A stretch of DNA of 64,000 nucleotides from an uncultured virus (IMG/VR IMGVR_UViG_3300030104_004432) (Duplodnaviria; Heunggongvirae; Uroviricota; Caudoviricetes). Within the stretch, counting starts at the first letter, position 1. Every line of letters begins with the position of its first letter. The position numbers and the translations under genes were made by a program. Under the pieces are notes generated by a model. The model saw only the letters and a program-made list of their open reading frames with translations, was not told the DNA's origin and searched no databases. Below, in pieces: positions 57,971 through 64,000 of this stretch. The stretch lies in IMG/VR virus record IMGVR_UViG_3300030104_004432, one strand, 5' to 3'.

Positions 57971-58428
57971 TGTTTTGTGATAGACTAAGTTTAGTTACTG
58001 GTGGATTTGACCCAATACATAGTGGTCATCTCCAGTACTTCAAAAGAGCAAAGGATTTATCGAATTATCTTGTAGTGGGATTAAATGGTGATCCTTGGTT
58101 GACACGTAAGAAAGGACAATACTTTCAGTGTTGGACTGAACGTGCAGATATTGTACGTCATCTTGATATGGTAGATGCTGTTATATCATGGGATGATGCT
58201 GATGATTCTGCGTGTGGTGCTATAGCAAAATGTTTAGAGATATCTAACGAAGTTATATTTTGCAATGGAGGTGATAGAGGAAAAACTAATACACCAGAAT
58301 ATGAAAGATATAAAGACAATTCAAGGGTATCATTTGAATTTGGCACTGGAGGAACAGATAAAATGAATAGTAGTTCATGGATACTCCATGGATATTTTGA
58401 ACGTCAACGTAAATTATTAGGGATATGA
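57970..58428 (+). CDS. Cytidylyltransferase family protein
   Basis: 'TGGFDPIHSGH' (HxGH), 'VVGLNGD.WL.RKKG', 'NGGDR', 'K.NSSS'. Confidence 0.88.
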   Translation: MFCDRLSLVTGGFDPIHSGHLQYFKRAKDLSNYLVVGLNGDPWLTRKKGQYFQCWTERADIVRHLDMVDAVISWDDADDSACGAIAKCLEISNEVIFCNGGDRGKTNTPEYERYKDNSRVSFEFGTGGTDKMNSSSWILHGYFERQRKLLGI

Positions 58429-58604
58429 AACTAACACAAGAAGTAATTGAGAAAATTCAATTAGCAATGACTCACACTAAAATGAATGGTGAAACCAATT
58501 GGAAAGATGGTGATGAGATAGATGTGTGTCTTGGTGGTACATTTGCTGGTGATAAGTTTATCTCTATCATCAATAGAACACGTAGCAATACAACTAAAAA
58601 ATAA
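58425..58604 (+). CDS. Small hypothetical protein (59 aa)
   Basis: Manually translated MKLTQEVIEKIQ...RSNTTKK; ATGA overlap. Confidence 0.65.
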   Translation: MKLTQEVIEKIQLAMTHTKMNGETNWKDGDEIDVCLGGTFAGDKFISIINRTRSNTTKK

Positions 58605-58607
58605 ATT

Positions 58608-58682
58608 ATGTGGTATATTATAGGTTGGACGATAGTTACATTATGGTTACTATCTAAATTTGGTGTATTTAAAAAGAAATGA
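58608..58682 (+). CDS. Tiny membrane peptide (24 aa)
   Basis: MWYIIGWTIVTLWLLSKFGVFKKK: hydrophobic helix plus basic tail; stop overlaps the next ATG. Confidence 0.5.
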   Translation: MWYIIGWTIVTLWLLSKFGVFKKK

Positions 58683-58846
58683 AAAAATTATGGAGAATAT
58701 GGAAGTATGCGTTGGGTAGTTTTGAAGATACAAGAACTAAACGATACGACAATCACATTGTTTTGGTACGTACTTTTATTTTCTTTTCTTATCTCATCAC
58801 TAATTGTTTTATTATTAGCGGAGTAATCCGTCATTGGAATAACTAA
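58679..58846 (+). CDS. Small membrane protein (55 aa)
   Basis: MKKLWRIWKYALGSF...IFFSYLITNCFIISGVIRHWNN; abuts the next ATG. Confidence 0.65.
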   Translation: MKKLWRIWKYALGSFEDTRTKRYDNHIVLVRTFIFFSYLITNCFIISGVIRHWNN

Positions 58847-59500
58847 ATGTCAACATTAATCTCAAATATGCCAGCTGAAGAAGTTTGGGTAAGGAAAGAA
58901 TATCTTACTGACTTTGAATCTGGACATGGTGAATTTACACCTGGTGTATGGGTTTCTGCAAAATCTATACCAGGTCGTGCTTTTTATTTTGAAACATACT
59001 TACCAGAGTATGCAGCAATATTTGATAAGTTACCTATTAGTGCTTTTTTAAGTAAACGTGAAATACCTGATCCTGATATGGATATAGCTAATTTGCAATT
59101 TTGGAATTGTATGGATTATGGTGTAACAACTATCTGTAAGCAATTTATTGGGTCTATGGATTATGAATGTCATACTAGAGATTTTGGAATACAATTGGGA
59201 AAATATATTGTCACATTAGATAACTATCATTCTGATATTGATACTCCTGATTTTAGTACATCAGAAACACCTGCTGAACATAAAAGTCATAATTTAATAG
59301 AACTTGACAATGGGCAATTTGCGTTATATCCTAATAATAGATTAAGAATCTATGATAATTCTTTGACTCCAAAAAATCCTAAGATGCCAGATTTCAAAGT
59401 ATCTACAAAATACTTTAGTGTAGAAAGAGGGCATATGGAAAGATATGGAGATACTAATGATTATCATTATGGACTCAATAAAGAGAAACCTACCTCATGA
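58847..59500 (+). CDS. Conserved hypothetical protein (217 aa)
   Basis: 'VWVRKEYL.D...GHGEF', 'DKLPISAF', 'LQFWNC', 'EHKSHN.I.LDNGQFA.YPNNR'. Confidence 0.8.
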   Translation: MSTLISNMPAEEVWVRKEYLTDFESGHGEFTPGVWVSAKSIPGRAFYFETYLPEYAAIFDKLPISAFLSKREIPDPDMDIANLQFWNCMDYGVTTICKQFIGSMDYECHTRDFGIQLGKYIVTLDNYHSDIDTPDFSTSETPAEHKSHNLIELDNGQFALYPNNRLRIYDNSLTPKNPKMPDFKVSTKYFSVERGHMERYGDTNDYHYGLNKEKPTS

Positions 59501-60030
59501 ACATTTTTGTCACCCATCCTGATCCACATGTATCGGCAAAAGCATTGCCTGATAAGCATGTGGTCAAGATGCCATTGGAGACCTGTCAAATGCTCTCTAT
59601 TGTTTTCTCACACTGGTATTATGACTGGGGTGATGACTTGGTTAAAAAGAAAGATGGAACACCCTATTCAGTTGCTAAGGGTGCCTTTCGTAATCATCCT
59701 TGTACTCAATGGGCAGCAGCAAGTATGTACAATACTGCATGGTTAATACAACATGGTTGTGCTTTATCTGGTGAGTATTCTCATCGTTATGGTAAGATCC
59801 ATGGATGTGCTGATGCTTTGTTTGAGGCAAAGAAAACATTTCATAGATTTGCAAATGAAGTAATTACATGCTATTGTATGGTGGAGTCCTTTACTCGTGC
59901 GATGCCTGATGAGTATAAACATGACACAAGCATTGACACTTTTACTGCTTACAAAAATTACATTAGGAGCAAACCTTGGGTTGCATCTAATTATTTACGT
60001 GACGAGTCCCGAAAACCAAATTGGGTTTAA
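59497..60030 (+). CDS. Pyrimidine-dimer DNA glycosylase/endonuclease V-like protein
   Basis: 'MNIF', 'DKHVVKM.LE..QMLS', 'HPCT.W', 'EY..RYGK.H', 'AMPDEYK'. Confidence 0.7.
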   Translation: MNIFVTHPDPHVSAKALPDKHVVKMPLETCQMLSIVFSHWYYDWGDDLVKKKDGTPYSVAKGAFRNHPCTQWAAASMYNTAWLIQHGCALSGEYSHRYGKIHGCADALFEAKKTFHRFANEVITCYCMVESFTRAMPDEYKHDTSIDTFTAYKNYIRSKPWVASNYLRDESRKPNWV

Positions 60031-60032
60031 TT

Positions 60033-60974
60033 ATGAGTGATTTTATATGGGTTGAAAAATACAGACCCAAAACAATTGAAGAATGTATTTTACCTGAAAG
60101 TACTAAGAAGACTTTCAAAGAATTTCTAAATAAGGGTGAAATACCGAATATGCTTCTTGCTGGTCCTCCTGGTATAGGTAAGACCACAGTTGCTAAAGCA
60201 TTATGTAATGAACTAGGAGTTGACTTCTATGTCATTAATGGATCTGATGAAGGAAGATTCCTTGATACTGTTCGTAATAATGCTAAGAACTTTGCATCAA
60301 CAGTATCACTTACATCTGAGGCAAAGCATAAGGTTATTATTATTGATGAAGCAGACAACACAGGAAATGACGTTCAACTCTTACTTAGGGCCTTTATCGA
60401 GGAATTCGCAGGAAACTGTAGGTTCATATTTACCTGCAATTATAAGAACAAAATCCTTGAACCACTCCATTCCCGTTGTGCCGTCATTGACTTCACAATC
60501 AACAAGAGGGATAAACCCACGATTGCTGCTTCTTTCTTCGAAAGACTTAACTTTATCTTGGACAAAGAACGGATTGAAGCTGATAAGAAAGTATTAGTAG
60601 AATTAGTAAATAAACATTTTCCAGATTGGAGAAGAGTATTGAATGAGTGTCAGAGATACTCAGTTAGTGGTAAGATAGATAGTGGTATATTAGCTGCTTT
60701 TTCAGATGTTGCGATTGATGACCTTATTAAAATCCTTAAAGAGAAAAACTTTCCTGAAGTACGTAAGTGGGTCAACAGTAGTTTGGACAATGATACTAGT
60801 GTATTATTTCGTCGCATTTACGATAGTTTATACGAATCCCTTGTCCCTAGCACTATTCCTGCTGCCGTTCTTGTTATTGCGAAATATCAATACCAAACCG
60901 CCTTCGTAGCAGATCAGGAGATAAATATGCTTGCCTGTCTCACTGAAATAATGGTGGAGTGTGAATTCAAATGA
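60033..60974 (+). CDS. g44: Clamp loader large subunit gp44
   Basis: 'WVEKYRP', 'GPPGIGKTT', 'IIDEAD', 'SRC', 'FPDWRR..NE.QRY'; ATG at 60033 preferred. Confidence 0.96.
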   Translation: MSDFIWVEKYRPKTIEECILPESTKKTFKEFLNKGEIPNMLLAGPPGIGKTTVAKALCNELGVDFYVINGSDEGRFLDTVRNNAKNFASTVSLTSEAKHKVIIIDEADNTGNDVQLLLRAFIEEFAGNCRFIFTCNYKNKILEPLHSRCAVIDFTINKRDKPTIAASFFERLNFILDKERIEADKKVLVELVNKHFPDWRRVLNECQRYSVSGKIDSGILAAFSDVAIDDLIKILKEKNFPEVRKWVNSSLDNDTSVLFRRIYDSLYESLVPSTIPAAVLVIAKYQYQTAFVADQEINMLACLTEIMVECEFK

Positions 60975-61060
60975 CTAAACTATCAGAAAAAATTAAACAA
61001 GCAGAACAAAGAATTGAAGAGTTAAAACTCTTAATTAAACATTGGAGAAAACAATCATGA
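60971..61060 (+). CDS. Tiny coiled-coil peptide (29 aa)
   Basis: MTKLSEKIKQAEQRIEELKLLIKHWRKQS; ATGA overlaps at both ends. Confidence 0.55.
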   Translation: MTKLSEKIKQAEQRIEELKLLIKHWRKQS

Positions 61061-61284
61061 CAGCACCACCAATTCCAGAATGGGGAGCATTAAAACAAAA
61101 ACAAAAGGCTCAAGTTAAGTCCAGATTTTATTACATCTTTTGGGGTGTAGCAACAGCATCAGTTGTATTGGGTCAAGTATATGTTGGGTCAGGATATCGT
61201 CAGATGTCAAGATCTTTTAATCGTATTATGGATTCTATAGTTCTTGAATTGGAACAATCTTATGATAAACAGAGATTTTATTAA
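61057..61284 (+). CDS. Hypothetical membrane protein
   Basis: One hydrophobic helix 'FYYIFWGVATASVVLGQVYVG'. Confidence 0.7.
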   Translation: MTAPPIPEWGALKQKQKAQVKSRFYYIFWGVATASVVLGQVYVGSGYRQMSRSFNRIMDSIVLELEQSYDKQRFY

Positions 61285-61478
61285 TGAGAATAGAAACTAG
61301 AGAAGCAATGGAAATGTTGTTTTCTGCTAAATGGAATTTGCCAAAAGCAGCAAAACATTGTAGACTATCACGTAAGGAAATGATGATTACCTTTAGTGAG
61401 TATTGTGCTTTGCATGAACCAACTTACAACAAGTTTGAAACTGAACTTCAATTAGAATTAGATTATGAAATACCCTAA
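61284..61478 (+). CDS. Hypothetical protein with a possible HTH
   Basis: 'WNLPKAAKHCRLS.KEM...F' has helix-turn-helix-like spacing. Confidence 0.65.
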   Translation: MRIETREAMEMLFSAKWNLPKAAKHCRLSRKEMMITFSEYCALHEPTYNKFETELQLELDYEIP

Positions 61479-61680
61479 AGATCCTTTAGATGCTGCCATT
61501 GTTGCTTTTCTATGGGCAGATTGGTTTGCTAAGAAATGTCTTTGGATTCCTTATTATCTTTATGAAAGGTATGACTATTGGAGTCATAATAAAAAAGTAG
61601 CATCTGCTGCTAAAGAAGCAGAAGAAAATCCTCCTGTATTACCAGACATTACTAATGAAAGCACTGAAGACCCCTCTTAG
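61465..61680 (+). CDS. Hypothetical protein (71 aa)
   Basis: Overlapping packed ORF within the operon. Confidence 0.6.
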   Translation: MKYPKDPLDAAIVAFLWADWFAKKCLWIPYYLYERYDYWSHNKKVASAAKEAEENPPVLPDITNESTEDPS

Positions 61681-62530
61681 ATATCCTGGAGGAAAGTCAA
61701 AGGCAATTAAAACATTAGCACAATGGTACCCTAAAGTTATTACTGAATATAGGGAACCATTTATTGGTGGTGGTTCTATTGCTATTGATATTACTAAGGC
61801 AAATCCAGACATACCTGTATGGGTAAATGATCTGTATGTCCCTCTTTATAATTTCTGGGTGCAACTTCGTGATAGAGGTGAAGAACTCTCTGAGAGGGTT
61901 AGACATGAGAAACAGAAGACATTGGATGAAGGTGATCCAGATAAGATAACTGCAAAGGCAAAAGAACTTTTTAATAAGTATAAAGCAGAGATTGATACTT
62001 ATGATGATTTTGAGAAGGCAGTAGCATTCTTTATAATGAATAAGTGTAGTTATTCTGGATTGACAGAGAATAGTACTTTTTCTCAAACAGCATCTAATTC
62101 TAATTTCTCTCTTGTTGGAGCAGATAAGTTAGCAAAGTTTTCTGAGTTGATTAAGAACTGGAAGATTACTAATATTGATTATTCAGAAGTAATGAAGGCT
62201 AAAGGTTATGCTGATACTTTTATATTTCTAGATCCACCTTATGATATAAAAGATTTTCTTTATGGTAAGAATAGGGAAATGCATAAATCATTTGATCATG
62301 ATTTATTTGCAGATAATGTTTCTACATGCATTCATAAGTTTATGATAACATATAATTTAAATGATCGTTTGCTTGACCTATATAAGAATTATAACCTTAA
62401 AGAGTGGAAGTTGAGGTATTCCATGGCTCATCGTGGTGATAAAGGAACTAATGAAAATATTAAGACTGAGTTGTTAGTTACTAATTATGAGGTCAATCCC
62501 ACAAATACACTCCAGGAGATGCTATACTAA
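61655..62530 (+). CDS. dam: DNA adenine methyltransferase (Dam/D12 class)
   Basis: 'PLRYPGGKS', 'EPFIGGGS', 'FLDPPY', 'ELLVTNY'. Confidence 0.88.
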   Translation: MKALKTPLRYPGGKSKAIKTLAQWYPKVITEYREPFIGGGSIAIDITKANPDIPVWVNDLYVPLYNFWVQLRDRGEELSERVRHEKQKTLDEGDPDKITAKAKELFNKYKAEIDTYDDFEKAVAFFIMNKCSYSGLTENSTFSQTASNSNFSLVGADKLAKFSELIKNWKITNIDYSEVMKAKGYADTFIFLDPPYDIKDFLYGKNREMHKSFDHDLFADNVSTCIHKFMITYNLNDRLLDLYKNYNLKEWKLRYSMAHRGDKGTNENIKTELLVTNYEVNPTNTLQEMLY

Positions 62531-62727
62531 TGAGCTTAGAAGATCACGAACACATTAACGATTTGTGGGAGGATATGGATCGTCTCAATATGCTTTATGA
62601 AGAACTATGTTGGGATCATATGGATGTCTTAGAGATGATTCCTGATTATAAAAATGATAGAATTATAATCAAGAATAAATCAAGAGAGATGGATAAGATG
62701 TATAAAGAGATGAATAACGAGTCTTAA
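62530..62727 (+). CDS. Hypothetical protein (65 aa)
   Basis: TAATG overlap with the methylase; GGAG RBS. Confidence 0.7.
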   Translation: MSLEDHEHINDLWEDMDRLNMLYEELCWDHMDVLEMIPDYKNDRIIIKNKSREMDKMYKEMNNES

Positions 62728-62746
62728 AAACCACTAAGAAATTATT

Positions 62747-63130
62747 ATGACTGAATTGAAAGATTGGTTGAACTCAATTAACCAAACAAAAAAGAATTTA
62801 ATAGATGAAGACCCTTCATTAGAAAAGGATTATTCACCATACATTGTAAATCGTATTTACTCTGGACATCTTGATTCGATTTTGTTTGCAAATGAGATGA
62901 ATAGGTATCATTTTTTACCAAAAAAATTTCAATATGATTTTTTGCTAAATACACTCAGACCTAAGAAGAGATTCTCTCCTTGGTTACGTAAAGATGAGAT
63001 TAAAGACCTTGACTTGGTGAAACGTTATTATGGGTATAGTAACGAAAAGGCAAAACAGGCTCTAAGAATCCTAACAAAAGACCAAATTAATTTTATAAAA
63101 TCTAAGTTTGAAACTGGAGGAAAACAATGA
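62747..63130 (+). CDS. g62: Clamp loader small subunit gp62
   Basis: 'LKDWLNSIN', 'Y.PYIVNR..S...D....ANEMN', 'QYDF', 'YYGYSNEKA'. Confidence 0.93.
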   Translation: MTELKDWLNSINQTKKNLIDEDPSLEKDYSPYIVNRIYSGHLDSILFANEMNRYHFLPKKFQYDFLLNTLRPKKRFSPWLRKDEIKDLDLVKRYYGYSNEKAKQALRILTKDQINFIKSKFETGGKQ

Positions 63131-63564
63131 GCGTGGTTCAAGAGCCTGAAGTAAAGTGGTCGTCAGATCAAATGATAGAAATATCATTGAATGAACCTGA
63201 TGATTTTTTAAAAGTTAGAGAGACTTTAACTCGTATTGGAGTTGCTTCTAGGAAAGAAAAGAAGATATATCAATCTTGTCATATCCTCCATAAACAGGGA
63301 AGATATTTTATAGTTCATTTTAAAGAGTTGTTTGCATTAGATGGTAAACATGCAAACCTTACTCAGAATGATGTTCAACGTAGAAATCGTATAGTTCAAT
63401 TATTAGCAGATTGGGGTTTGATTAGTATTGTTGATGCGTCTAAGATTCAAGACATTGCACCACTCAATCAGATAAAAGTGTTATCTTATAAAGATAAAAG
63501 TGAGTGGATATTAGAAACTAAGTACAATATAGGGTCTAAAAAGAAAAAGACAGAGGAAGTGTAA
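63127..63564 (+). CDS. regA: Translational repressor RegA
   Basis: 'PDDFLKVRETLTRIGVAS', 'QSCHILHKQGRY.IVHFKELF.LDG', 'W.L..KY.IG'. Confidence 0.96.
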   Translation: MSVVQEPEVKWSSDQMIEISLNEPDDFLKVRETLTRIGVASRKEKKIYQSCHILHKQGRYFIVHFKELFALDGKHANLTQNDVQRRNRIVQLLADWGLISIVDASKIQDIAPLNQIKVLSYKDKSEWILETKYNIGSKKKKTEEV

Positions 63565-63565
63565 T

Positions 63566-63572
63566 CTAAATA
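63566..63572 (+). promoter_or_regulatory. Possible late promoter CTAAATA before petF
   Basis: Intergenic motif in the 29-nt regA-petF gap. Confidence 0.5.
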
Positions 63573-63593
63573 ACACTGCCTTGTAAAATTTAA

Positions 63594-63890
63594 ATGGCTA
63601 CCATAACTCTTAAAACACCTGACGGTGAAACTGAAACTTTTGAGTGTGATGCGGATACTAGTATTTTGGATGCTTTAGAAGAAGCAGGACTAGATCATCC
63701 TTCATCATGTCGTGCTGGTTCTTGTTCTTCATGTTGTATGAAAATATTGGAAGGAACATTAGATCAAGAAGAACAATTCTTTTTAGATGATGATCAACTT
63801 GAAGCAGGATTTGCTCTTACTTGTGTTGCAACACCATCATCTGACAGTGTGACTCTCCTAACAGAACAGGAAGAAAATCTAGACATGTAA
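63594..63890 (+). CDS. petF: Plant-type [2Fe-2S] ferredoxin (auxiliary metabolic gene)
   Basis: '[10 protein letters not shown]' cluster motif, 'DQ..Q.FLDDDQ...GF.LTCVA.P.SD'. Confidence 0.93.
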   Translation: MATITLKTPDGETETFECDADTSILDALEEAGLDHPSSCRAGSCSSCCMKILEGTLDQEEQFFLDDDQLEAGFALTCVATPSSDSVTLLTEQEENLDM

Positions 63891-63929
63891 AATAAATATT
63901 GTATAATATTTAAGGTTGGATATTTTCAT

Positions 63930-64000
63930 ATGAACATTCCATTACTTTCAAGAAGAAATCCAAGTTGTGCTTGGCCCGATAATCTATACAGAACTTACAT
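63930..64000 (+). CDS. Start of a hypothetical protein (truncated by window end)
   Basis: MNIPLLSRRNPSCAWPDNLYRTY... open to the edge; ATAAATA at 63892. Confidence 0.45.
   Translation, partial: MNIPLLSRRNPSCAWPDNLYRTY

Noticed and set aside
195..62086. Many minus-strand and alternative-frame ORFs in the ORF track (e.g. 22869-23378, 26439-26843, 39543-39995, 42315-42764)
   Set aside because: They lie within or across well-supported plus-strand genes, lack recognisable motifs, and are shadows of biased codon usage
1..64000. tRNA, rRNA, CRISPR array, transposase, reverse transcriptase/DGR
   Set aside because: Intergenic gaps are short and explained by promoters and terminators; no cloverleaf, repeat-spacer array or relevant enzyme motifs were seen by eye (tRNAscan/Infernal not run)

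Overview
The window is a 64-kb, AT-rich, almost entirely plus-strand segment of a T4-like marine cyanomyovirus. Gene content, petF and base composition suggest a Prochlorococcus/Synechococcus phage of the P-SSM2 type; this host call is inference. It covers the end of a glycosyltransferase gene and then the baseplate block (g25, g6, a 4466-aa g7, g8, a 2549-aa VrlC-like protein). Next come the neck, tail, packaging and head genes (g13-g23) and the recombination/replication/transcription genes (g3, uvsY, uvsW, g55, g47, g46, g45, g44, g62, regA). Accessory genes include a 2OG-Fe(II) oxygenase, a CobT-like/CobS-like vWA-AAA+ pair, a cytidylyltransferase, a DenV-like glycosylase, a Dam-type methylase and petF. 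g17 is split only by a 10-N assembly gap. The most interesting signals are: (1) an identically spaced dyad + hairpin + TATAAT promoter architecture before both the CobT-like and CobS-like genes; (2) capsid-targeted basic proteins plus a candidate gp21-processed polyprotein; (3) a self-contained ParB-like cassette after g23; (4) a consensus antisense sigma70 promoter back-to-back with the g55 promoter; (5) nested and circularly permuted domain insertions in gp7 and gp18; (6) a pervasive G-[IVL]-[GST]-T motif in virion proteins. No tRNA, rRNA, CRISPR array or IS element was seen. All family assignments are from motif recognition and synteny, not database searches.
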